Assembly (NCBI GenBank): GCA_023205875.1
Contig: CP060760.1
Coordinates: 310,001-374,000, forward strand
DNA from: Chloropicon primus
Taxonomy: Eukaryota
Direction: 5' to 3'
Length of the DNA: 64,000 bases
Part shown: piece after piece, positions 55,701-64,000 of the stretch
How the letters are laid out: each line of letters starts with the position of its first letter
Position numbering within the stretch: position 1 is the first letter of the stretch
Notes under the pieces: model-generated
What the model was told of the DNA's origin: nothing
What the model saw: only the letters and a program-made list of their open reading frames with translations
The model's database searches: none
Made by a program: the position numbers and the translations under genes

Positions 55701-56475
55701 TCCCCCTGCCTCCGCCTCCCATGGCCGCCTTGATCATGACGGGGAAGCCAATCTCCTCGGCGTAGTTGTACGCGGCGTCCACGTCGAGGCTCTCCTCCTG
55801 CAGGCCAGGAATCACCGGAATCCCGCACTCGATGGCGAGCTCCCTGGCCTGGGTCTTGTCCCCGAACCTTTGGAGGTTCTCCGCCGAGGGGCCGATGAAG
55901 ATGATTCCCTCCTCCTCGCACCGCTTGGCGAACGCGGTGTTCTCGCTCAAGAACCCGTACCCGGGGTGGATGGCGTCCACGTCGTTCTCCTTCGCGATGC
56001 GGATCACGGTGTCGATGTCCAGGTACGCCCCCACCGGGCTCAGCTCCTTCTCCCCGCACTTGAGCACGTACGACTCGTCAGCCTTGTACCTGTGCACCTG
56101 CAGCCTGTCCTCGAAGGAGAAGATGGCGACGGAGCGAATTCCGAGCTCGTGAGCCGCGCGGAACACCCTCGTCGCGATCTCCCCCCTGTTCGCGCACATC
56201 AGCTTCTTAATCCCCTGCGAAGGCGGAGCGAGGTCGGCCAACGACGAGGACGAGGAAGAGGACGAGTCCACGTGCTGGTCGGCGGGCACCTCCCCCACCG
56301 CCCTCGCGACAACGCCACCACGCACCCCCCCGCAGCTCCGGGCGACGGGCAATTGCCCCCTCTGCACGACGGCGGCGGGCTGCCTCCGGGACCCGCCATG
56401 GCTCCCAACACCGCGGCAGGACTTGAGCCCCTGCCCCCTCGAAGAAGCCGCCTTTGCCTTGTTGTGGCCCTTCAT
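52738..56475 (-). CDS. PYC: Pyruvate carboxylase with N-terminal organellar transit peptide
   Basis: BC domain (ANRGEIA, HPGYGFLSEN, RDCSVQRRHQK), CT domain (RDAHQSL, IKDMAG, HTHDT) and biotinyl motif AMKM. Confidence 0.97.
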   Translation of the reverse strand: MKGHNKAKAASSRGQGLKSCRGVGSHGGSRRQPAAVVQRGQLPVARSCGGVRGGVVARAVGEVPADQHVDSSSSSSSSLADLAPPSQGIKKLMCANRGEIATRVFRAAHELGIRSVAIFSFEDRLQVHRYKADESYVLKCGEKELSPVGAYLDIDTVIRIAKENDVDAIHPGYGFLSENTAFAKRCEEEGIIFIGPSAENLQRFGDKTQARELAIECGIPVIPGLQEESLDVDAAYNYAEEIGFPVMIKAAMGGGGRGMRVVRSGAEFKPAYERASNEALQAFGDGRMFVEKYIENPRHIEIQILADKYGNTVHLYERDCSVQRRHQKIIEVAPSVGIKESTRQAMYADAKKIASHVGYVNAGTVEFMLAPDGSHYFLEVNPRVQVEHTITEEITGIDIVQSQILIATGSSLTDIGIPNQEGVRCDGFAIQGRVTSENPEDDFRPDSGRIEAYRTPGGPGIRLDGAIASGGSQLPYYDSLLVKCIAHAHTFQGAAKKLENALHEFRLRGVRTNVPFITNVLKHPKFLSGTADTSLIESTPELFDFPLLPTDLPSKLLRYLAHTAVNGAKHPGAVGEYPKGLPDPVIPKVPQEFRGQAGKKGWRPLLLEKGPEEFAKSIRGHKGLLLTDTTMRDAHQSLLATRVRTYDILGAADYSAWALEDCMSLEVWGGATFDVSMRFLHECPWDRLKELRKRIPNVPFQMLLRGVNAVGYTSYPDNLVKEFVKKANECGVDIFRVFDSLNYIDNLKFGIEAVLETNGVAEGTICYTADLTDPSRPKYDLDYYLNLARELVDAGVHILGIKDMAGLLKPASANMLVSALRKEFPDIPIHVHTHDTPGMGVASMIAAAEAGADVVDCCVDSMSGLTSQPSMGSLLNAFKGTDLDTGLDPSRVLRLSTYWEQVRAQYGQFESGMKSGSSEVYEHEMPGGQYTNLKFQAMQNGLVEQWEEVKEAYRMGNYILGDIVKVTPSSKVVGDLAQFIVQNNLTESTIVDVADKLDFPKSVVEYFQGYLGQPPGGFPEELREKVLKGKPTVSGRPGSEMEDFNFALEEGKIVDKYGKEAMSELNVISRALYPSVFDDFYETRKKYSDVSILPTKAFLRPLETDEMILLELGKGMKAEIVFKAVGDRQASGTREVFFELNGLPRVIEVVEETVAIGDTLSMAKEKANPSDEGSVGAPMAGQVIDVNCKPGEQIKAGDPMVVLSAMKMETTVSCPIDGTVAHVAVQSKDNVSIGDLLVMVEPEEQ

Positions 56476-56718
56476 GCTCCCTGAAAGTCAAGACAACTTT
56501 ACGAACGAACGTTCAACCTCCCTCGTAACGTCCGTAACGCCAGAAAAGAGGACAAAGTCGAGGTGGTGACCAACGCAACGCCTCTCTCTCAGCCTCTCTC
56601 TCAGTCTCTCTCTGTCTCTCTCGAGCGCGCGCGCCGCGTAGCGGTGGTTTGTGCGTAAAGACACGACTGCCGCCCACGAGGCCACCTCAGAAAAAGGAGA
56701 GATTGAGATTTTGCGATT

Positions 56719-56739
56719 TTTAGGGTTTAGGGTGTAGGG
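56719..56739. promoter_or_regulatory. Telomere-like/telo-box motif TTTAGGG TTTAGGG TGTAGGG upstream of PYC
   Basis: Sequence seen directly. The regulatory role is inferred. Confidence 0.45.
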
Positions 56740-57032
56740 TTTTTTTTTTTGAGGATAAGACGCGTCATCTTGAGGGAGGAGTTTGTGGCTCAGGAGAGAG
56801 AGAGATTCTGTGGTCTGCACTTTTTTTCTTTTCTTGAACAAGGACGAGGACGAGGACGAGGAGTTGTGAGCTTTGGAGCGGAACCCCCACAGTCCTTTTT
56901 GCAGTGGCCAAGCCCGTAGAGTGTCGGGCAGTTGCACGCGCTCTCTCTTTGTGCGCGTCTCGGTGTGAGGGTGCGAGAGACCAGACCTTGGCTGTAGTGG
57001 CAAAGAGAAGAGAGAAAGGGTTCTTTCCTTCT

Positions 57033-57085
57033 CTCTCCTTCACTCTCCTTCACTCTCCTTCACTCTCCTTCACTCTCCTTCACTC
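57033..57085. repeat. 10-bp tandem repeat (CACTCTCCTT), about 5 copies
   Basis: Direct reading. Confidence 0.9.
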
Positions 57086-57165
57086 GTGAGGAGGTGTCCT
57101 CTGCCGTGCCGCGGAACGCACGGGAGACACGACACGCTTGGAACCCCCTCCTCGACGTGGTGGTC

Positions 57166-57786
57166 ATGATGATGGTGAACCCGACGACGACGTGGAGGGT
57201 CAGCAATCGGAGCGCGGCGTCGGGGGGAGCGAGCACTTCGCTCGGTACTTCGCTCGGCACCGTGGCGTCTCCTCGCCGGCGCCCCCTCGTCGTCCGCCGT
57301 CCGCGAGCGTCCGCGAACATTGGCAAGCCAGGGGACGACGGCGACGACGTGAAGGGCTGCTCGACGAGCGAGCAAATGAGGAGGCTGAAGAGGGTCGCCC
57401 TGAAGCTCTGGAGGGACGGGCCGTCCTCGGACGACCACATGACGAGCGCCGTGGCGCTGAGGGCGGCGGAGGCCGAGACCCAGGCCGCCGCGGAGAGGTC
57501 CCTGCTCCAGGCCAGGTGCCAGTTCATGGAGGAGAAGATCGCGGCGCAGTCCGAGTACATCAGGGAGCTGAACACCACCCTCGGGGTCGCGAAGCGCGCC
57601 CTGGTGTCCGCGATGAAGTGCCTGGACAGCGAGGCGGAGATCCCGCTGCCCGACCTCGCGGAGTACATCCCGGCGGACCAGGCGCGGGGCGAGGAGGAGG
57701 AGACTTGCGACGTGGACTCGTTCTCCAACATCGAGAACGCGCTGTGGGCCGCGGACGTCCTCCTGAAGGAGAGCGCCCAAGGTTGA
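57166..57786 (+). CDS. Hypothetical protein with transit-peptide-like N-terminus and short coiled coil
   Basis: S/T/R-rich leader, typical codon usage, no recognised domain. Confidence 0.6.
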   Translation: MMMVNPTTTWRVSNRSAASGGASTSLGTSLGTVASPRRRPLVVRRPRASANIGKPGDDGDDVKGCSTSEQMRRLKRVALKLWRDGPSSDDHMTSAVALRAAEAETQAAAERSLLQARCQFMEEKIAAQSEYIRELNTTLGVAKRALVSAMKCLDSEAEIPLPDLAEYIPADQARGEEEETCDVDSFSNIENALWAADVLLKESAQG

Positions 57787-57919
57787 CGACGAACGGAAGG
57801 AAGCAAGGAAAGCATCCATCACCCCGCGCACTGCTGAGACGAGTGCGCCTGTAAAACAATCAAGTATAATACTGCTACACGACCCTTTACGGTATGTGAA
57901 ATTGCTGACGGCGAGGACG

Positions 57920-59138
57920 TCAGCCCCGACGACGGCTGCTCGCCGCCGCCGCCCTCCTCCCCCTCGCGAAGAACCACCAGCTCTTCCCGGTCTTGGCCGA
58001 CCGCAGTCTGGCGTACGCCATCAGGGAGGTGCAGAAAGCGAGGGTGAACCAGGTGAGCGCGTAATTGATGTGGTCCTGAGGGGTCACGTTGAAGCGCAGA
58101 AAGTCTCCTAGCGTCCGCTGGATGGGCAGGAAGCTCGTGTTCAGCTTGTTCAGCAGGACTTGGACCCCTCGGTCCACCCTGGCCGCGTCTCCAGCGGGAA
58201 GCTCCCCGCCCTTCCACAGATTCCTGTCCGTCCTGAACGCCAAGACGTCCATCGCCGTGCTGAGCTTCACCCTCTTCGTCTCCGCGGACTCCTCCATGTC
58301 GACCTCCTCGACGAGGATCGTTCCTCCCTCCTCGCCCCCACCGGTCGCTCCCACCCCACACGCTCTCGCCTGGCCGAAGGATCGATAGGACAGCAGGAGA
58401 GTAGGACGTGCTCAACAACGTTAGCAAGGGGGTCAGCCGCCCCGATCATCACGAACGAAAGCCCTGCTCTCTCTCTCACTCACTCACTCACTCACTCACC
58501 ATGGCTGGAACGTCGTAGAAGAACCACTGGCCTATCTCAGGCAGGTTTGCTGGCGCGAAATACCCTGGATTGTCGCTCGGCTTCACCAGCCCCTGCACCT
58601 GCACGACTTGGTCCGGACCACCCCTGAAGTACTCGAACCTCTCGGGCTCGTCCTTCCAGGCCTGAGGGACCCAGCCCCTAAGAACGAGCACAACCTCCTT
58701 CCCCTTGCCTTCCTCATTGACCCTTTGCCCGAACAAGGAAGACCCGAACCCAAGCTTGCCTCCCCCTCGCCCTCCCTCCAGCTCCAGGGGCGTGACGACC
58801 ATGTAGCCCTGGAAGGCCTGGCCGAGCTCGGACCTGACCCTCGGACCGACGAAGATGCTCCTGTCGTGAAGGAACTTGCCGCGGCACGTCACGGGCGTGT
58901 GCCTCTCCAAGATCCTCCCCCTGCTTCCCTCCCCCTCCCCCCTCCGCTGCTTGCCGCTTCCGCCGCCGTCGTTGTTGTTGCTGCTGTTCAAGTCCAATGG
59001 CTCCCTGCCCAAGAGCTCATGCCTGTACTCCAGCTCCGTCTTCTTCTGCTCCAAGCGCTGGACCTGCCACACGCCGAGGCCGCAGGCGAAGGCCGAGGGG
59101 GCGAAGAGGAGCGCGCTCCTCAGACCACCGGGACTCAT
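57920..59138 (-). CDS. SURF1: SURF1/Shy1 cytochrome c oxidase assembly factor; complement(join(57920..58369,58500..59138))
   Basis: GLGVWQVQRL, GYMVVTPL, VLRGWVP, WFFYDVPAM and HINYALTWFTL motifs. Phase-0 GTGAGT...CCAG intron. Confidence 0.92.
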
Positions 59139-59490
59139 GCCTGAGGGGACAACCTTCCTACCAAAGCTTTCCTTCGCCTTGCTGCTGCTGCTCTAGAAGA
59201 AGATCTTTCGTTTGTGGCTCACAGCAGGAGAGTGAGAGAGAGAGAGGGGAGTGAATGGCGTGGAGCAGAGGGAGGAGTCGAGAGGGAAGGACACAGGGTT
59301 TGTTGTTCTTTGCTGTTGTTTCTTTCTCTCTCTCTATGTGTGTGTGTGTGTGTGTGTTCTCCATGAAAAAGAATATAGATAAAAAATAATGTTTGCGTCG
59401 GCGTCGTCAGTAACCTTTACCCCCCCCCTAGCAACAGCAAAGGAAGGGTGTGTGTGTGCTATTAGTCTTTAAGCGCGACACCGCTTCGGC

Positions 59491-60537
59491 TTACTTGTAA
59501 TACCGCTCGAAGGGGTTGTTCTTCATGCTGGCGTGCGCGACCGTGACCTCGGTCTGCCTCCCCTCCTCCGCCCTGGTCGGGTAAGGAAGGGCGACGTCCT
59601 GAAAGGCGATCTTGCTGTCGACGAGCGTGACGTAAGAACCCTTTCCCCCCGGGACCTGACCCTTGACGTAGACCAAGTTGTGGACCGGGTCGACCTTGTA
59701 CACCAAGAGCTTCTGCTGGGTGCAGGTCTTGCCTCCCATTCTGCCAGGCATCTTTTTCCCCTTGAAAACTCTTCCCGGATCTTGGCACTGGCCCGTCGAC
59801 CCTATGGTCCTGTGCGCCTTGGTCGTCCCGTGGGAAGCGGGGCCTCCCTTCATCCCGTGCCTCTTCATGCCTCCCGCGAAGCCTTTTCCTCTCGTCGTCC
59901 CTTGCACGTCCACCAACTGACCCACAACAAAGTGGTCCGCGTTTATCGCTTTCCCTCCCTCCAGCAAGCAGTTCTCCGTCACCTTGAACTCCACCACCTT
60001 GCGCGACACCTCCGCCTCCTTCCCCAAGTGCTTCACGTAGTGACCCACCACCGCCTTGTTCAACCTCTTCCTCCTCCTCGAACTGGCACCCACCTGCACA
60101 GCGTAGTGCCCCTCCTTCTCCACGCTCTTCACCTGCACCACCTTGTTCTCGTCCAGCCACAACACCGTCAGTGGCACCCCCACGCCGTTCGCGTCCCACT
60201 CCCTCGTCATCCCACACTTCATCGCCACCGCCCCGCAACGCTTGTGAGCCGTCGGAAACCCTTCCCGCTTCCTCGTCTTCGGATCCCTCGGTTCAATGAA
60301 ACCACCCTCCATCATCCCCACTCCTCCACCTTGCTGCTCCGTGGACAACATGGACGTCGCCAAGGACCTCTCAAACGTCGAACCATGCCCTTGACGATAC
60401 CCATGAAAAGATGACGTCACAAGATTCGGAACACGGAGAGATGAGGAAGCCTTCGACTCAAGGGAGGAAGCCAAACTCAAACTCCGCCTCAAGAGGGACG
60501 TCAAACCCAAACGCATCGTCGTCGTCGTCGTCGCCAT
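59491..60537 (-). CDS. MRPL3: Mitochondrial ribosomal protein uL3m
   Basis: Mitochondrial-type presequence, KCGMTREWD, GKGFAGGMKRH, ASHG, DPGRVFKGKKMPGRMG. Confidence 0.92.
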   Translation of the reverse strand: MATTTTTMRLGLTSLLRRSLSLASSLESKASSSLRVPNLVTSSFHGYRQGHGSTFERSLATSMLSTEQQGGGVGMMEGGFIEPRDPKTRKREGFPTAHKRCGAVAMKCGMTREWDANGVGVPLTVLWLDENKVVQVKSVEKEGHYAVQVGASSRRRKRLNKAVVGHYVKHLGKEAEVSRKVVEFKVTENCLLEGGKAINADHFVVGQLVDVQGTTRGKGFAGGMKRHGMKGGPASHGTTKAHRTIGSTGQCQDPGRVFKGKKMPGRMGGKTCTQQKLLVYKVDPVHNLVYVKGQVPGGKGSYVTLVDSKIAFQDVALPYPTRAEEGRQTEVTVAHASMKNNPFERYYK

Positions 60538-60582
60538 GGGCGCTTCTCTCCGCTGCCAAAAAAAAAAAATAATTGAAAAAAA

Positions 60583-60592
60583 AAACCCTAAA
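60583..60592. promoter_or_regulatory. Telo-box AAACCCTAAA between divergent uL3m and bL34 genes
   Basis: Exact motif about 45 bp from the uL3m ATG. Telo-boxes are typical of plant ribosomal-protein genes. Confidence 0.5.
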
Positions 60593-60911
60593 ATAGGACG
60601 AATACGAGTGTACTGAGTCGTTATGTGGGTGTACATGAGAAAGTGGATAAGAAAATGATAAGAGCCACAAAATCGAAGGGAGCGGCGCGGCCACCATTGG
60701 GTCGCCTTTAGGCTTTCGAGGTAAAGTGCGCCACGACGGAGGTTGGGGTGACCGATATTGTGCGGTCAGATGGACTCCTTGTTTTTTCCTCTTCCGAACG
60801 ACACTCGCCTCGTGGAGAGAGGTGGCCGGACGAGGATTTGACGCTGACTTTTGTTCCCCTCTCTCCGTGGTTTGGTATTATTTAGAAGGTTTTTGCTTTT
60901 GTGCGAGGAGC

Positions 60912-61477
60912 ATGAGAGGGATGGTGATGAGGTCGATGGGTGCGACTGTTCAGACGCGGCTGGTCACGGGAAGGACGGCGGTGTGCGGGAGTGTCGGACT
61001 CAGGAGAACCTGTGGCGCTACGGCGTCCACCTTCGTCGGGGGTGAGTTGGAGGAGCACAGCACACGGACGGAAGAAGGAGAAGGAGAAGGAGGAGGAAGG
61101 AAGGAAGGAAGGATGCTTCTCGACGCTCCGCAATTCTTTTCTCTTTTTTCGTTCCTCTCTTCACCATCACTCACTCGCTCACTCGCTCGTCACTGCTACG
61201 ACGCCTCTTTGTCTTTCTCGCAGGTGGTGCCGGACTCTCCGCGGCGAGGCGAGCCGTCGGAGCGCAGACCAGGAGCAGAGGGGGCGCTCTCATCGTGGAG
61301 GCGAACGCGAAGCGCTGCCTGGGTAGCACCAAAGGAGGCACGAACAGGCACAGGGCGAGGACTTCTGGGTTCAGAGTCAGAAAGAGAAGCGCGACCGGGT
61401 CCAAGGTGCTCAAGAATAGGAGAAAGAAGGGACGCAAGCAGCTCGCTCCAGCGAGCAAGTTCTCCGGCAAGAAGTGA
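60912..61477 (+). CDS. RPL34: Organellar (probably plastid) ribosomal protein bL34; join(60912..61041,61224..61477)
   Basis: [31 protein letters not shown]. The transit-peptide exon is joined by a phase-1 GTGAGT...GCAG intron. Confidence 0.88.
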
Positions 61478-61849
61478 GGAACACCTTAACTTGTTCGGAG
61501 AGCATCTCCATCGAACGGTTTTTGGCTCCCGTGTAATGTAAAACGTCTTTTTCTCGAAACACCAACACGAGAACGTCCGCGTAAACATTCTTTTCCCAAG
61601 CCCAGCAACAGCGGATTGGAGAGTGGGAAGCCGTGGTGTGTGCATGGATGGATCCCTGCACCAGAGCAAGAACTCCTCTGCCCCTCTTCCTTCCTCTCTC
61701 TCTCTCTCTCTCTCTCTCTATAGGTGATACGAGCAGATCGAGGCGCTCAGCAGAGAGAAGGAGAGAGAGAGAGAGAGGACGTCGTCGTCGTCTTCTTCTT
61801 CGAGGAGGAGGAGGAGGAGGAGGAACGCAATGACGGAGGGAGGAGAGTG

Positions 61850-64000
61850 ATGGCGTCCGAATCACCCAACAACCTCGTAGCACAACTCCTGGCGCTGGAG
61901 AAGGACGACGCCGACCACCACGACCCACAGTGCGAGGTAAGTTGATGATGCTGATGATGCTGATGAAGAAGGTTGAAGTTGAAGATGATGCTCTTCTGCT
62001 TCTTCTGCTTCCTCTGCTTCCTCTTCGAAAGTCTTGCGACTGACTCGTTTCGCTTTGCCGCGTCGCTCCTCCCAGCTGCTGCTGGAGTTCGTCAGGGAGA
62101 ACTGCTCCTCGAGGGAGAACTGCTCCTCGGGATGGAAGCGAGTGAATCAAGTTCTGAGCGGTCTGGCGAGGAGCACGAGAGCGAGGTCCACGTTTGGCGA
62201 GGTCATCGTTCCCATTCTGGTTGCTCTCGCCGCTCTGCAGGGGAATCGGAAGGACGCGGGACTGAAGAAGGTGAGCAGTGGGCCAAGACAACGCTTCTCG
62301 CTTGACAGCACCAAAAACTGACGACACACGACGTGCACCGCGCGGTCAACCTCGATGGGAATGAGAAGGAGCGTCGTGCTTTGTGGGAAACATGCTTCCG
62401 CTCGGCTGCGTCGTCTGCCGTGCCCAGTATACTGGAGCAAGGACTGCGGTGCGATCCGGAGGCCGTGAATAGCGTGGAGTGTCTCACGCCCGTTCTGATG
62501 GTGTGCAGCACGACGAGTCACTTGGGCCAGCAGCTCTTGGCAAACCTCGCTTGCCACGAGGGGCAGCTGCTGCGGGTCACGGAGGTGGTCCTCGAATGCA
62601 TCGGGGGCTCCTTGGAGGCGAACCCTCCGGCGAGGGCGATTGCGTTGGAAGTCGTAGCCGCGGCCGCTCACTCTCGAGCCGAGATCCGTTCGCTCGCGGC
62701 ACGAGCGTTGCAGAGGCTCTCCCTCGAGGGAAAGCTTGTGAAGATTCTTGAATCTTTGACCGCAAGCGGCAGCCCAGAATTTGACCTCGACGTTCACTTC
62801 GGCTTCTTGGACCTGGTTCTAGAGCACGTCCATTTCGCGGACCTGTTCGAGCGAACGATTCCCAACTTGATCGGAACTTGGTTTCACAAGTCAGCGTGCG
62901 TTTCCAGGCAAAAGCAAGTCTTGTCCGGCGCGATCCAGCTGTGCCTGAGCCACCCCGAGCCCTTGGAGTTCCATTGCCTCTTCAAGAGGAAGAGCGTGCA
63001 AAGCCTTTTTCAGTCCAGGTGCGCCAAGGGCATCGCGGGCGCGAGGGCCGTGGAACGTATAACAGAGGCAGCCCAAGACATGAGATCCCACGCAGGATGG
63101 CTGAAGGGTTCCATCCTGAACAGCACTGTATTGGGTGTGAAGAACCCTTACGTTCTGCGAGCCCTGAGCTCTCTGGTCATTGCCGCAGGGGCGGCAGAGG
63201 ATTTGTTCCATTTTGTTTCGGAGACCCTGGGAGTGGCCGAAAGCAGCAACGTTATTCTTTGCGAGATCATGCTGCACGCAATCGCCGAGAACGAGGTCAA
63301 TCTGACGCGACGGCTCCGCGAGGAGCTCAACCTGTCCATGAAGCCAAGAGATGACACTTGCTCCGAAAGGCACAAGAAAATTCTTGCACAGATCTCTTTG
63401 GCCGCCTCGATTGCGAACGGAGGTGACGCCACCATAATGGGCGCGAGCGCTATTGAGGAGACTCTCAAGGAGATGTTCGGGAGTCCCGCGAGGCTGCGAA
63501 ACGAGTCAAAGGATTTTGACAGGCTTGTTCACTCCCTGGACAAGCTTTACTGCATCATTCTCTCTGGCTTGGCAAACGAGTGGAAACTTGATTATGATGT
63601 GAAGAAGCTCGCGAGTATCTCCAACTCGGGTCAGAGGGACGAGGCTCTGGACAATCTCTGCGTGGCCCAGGACATCCTGATAAGGGCTTTGAAAATCGAT
63701 CATGACAGCGAAAACCAAGGCAGCTGCACGTCTTTGCACCGTCTTTGCGAGCACGCCAAAGCGATACACAAGCACCACATGCGGGCGAACCAAAGCTATC
63801 AGAAGCAAAAAACGACGGACCTGGACGGCCTGCCGCAGCACTGTTTTCAGGCACTTGCGTCAATATCGTTGGCCCAATGCTCTCGTGCGGACTTGTGGTT
63901 CCCGTCCGTGGCCCAGGCTTTGAAGATGCCGGTGGACGGCAGCGGATTTCATGAGCATAGGAACAGCTCGTACTACGACGGTGATGCCGATTTCAAGTCC
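61850..64000 (+). CDS. Large helical hypothetical protein running off the window end; join(61850..61936,62076..62270,62309..>64000)
   Basis: The frame from 62309 stays open to 64000 by manual translation, so it is absent from the ORF track. Two phase-0 GT-AG introns are inferred. Confidence 0.65.

Noticed and set aside
52666..56484. 1272-aa plus-strand ORF, and similar long antisense or alternate-frame ORFs over TPT, the phosphohexomutase, SBPase, ABCA and CFAP69
   Set aside because: These are shadow ORFs of well-supported genes caused by GC-rich codon bias. They show no recognisable motifs.

Overview
This is eukaryotic nuclear DNA from a very compact, GC-rich, intron-poor green alga. It has GT-AG introns with CTGAC/CTRAC branch points, plastid transit peptides and (GA)n microsatellites. 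A Chloropicon-like pico-prasinophyte is my inference, not a database result. About 27 protein-coding genes can be modelled: BAF60 (partial), a possible RRN11/TAF1A, PAF1, SMC1, CFAP69, HGH1, an HPt phosphotransfer protein, an ABCA transporter, SWR1/PIE1, TPT, VPS29, a secreted PAN protein, QCR9, an EF-hand/p25alpha protein, ERV1, SBPase, an SV2-like MFS transporter, HOS1-like, EEF2KMT, a phosphohexomutase, a glutaredoxin, pyruvate carboxylase, SURF1, mitochondrial uL3, plastid bL34 and several hypotheticals. The main finding is invisible in the ORF track. The spliced glutaredoxin (complement 51760..52446) has an in-frame TGA exactly at the catalytic position (UPFC), a well-formed type II SECIS hairpin in its 3' UTR, and a transit-peptide-like N-terminus. 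It is therefore a candidate plastid-targeted seleno-glutaredoxin. Other points of interest are a ~1.9 kb AT-rich island (centromere candidate), a RING-less HOS1, a recently duplicated acidic module in SWR1, and retained flagellar genes.
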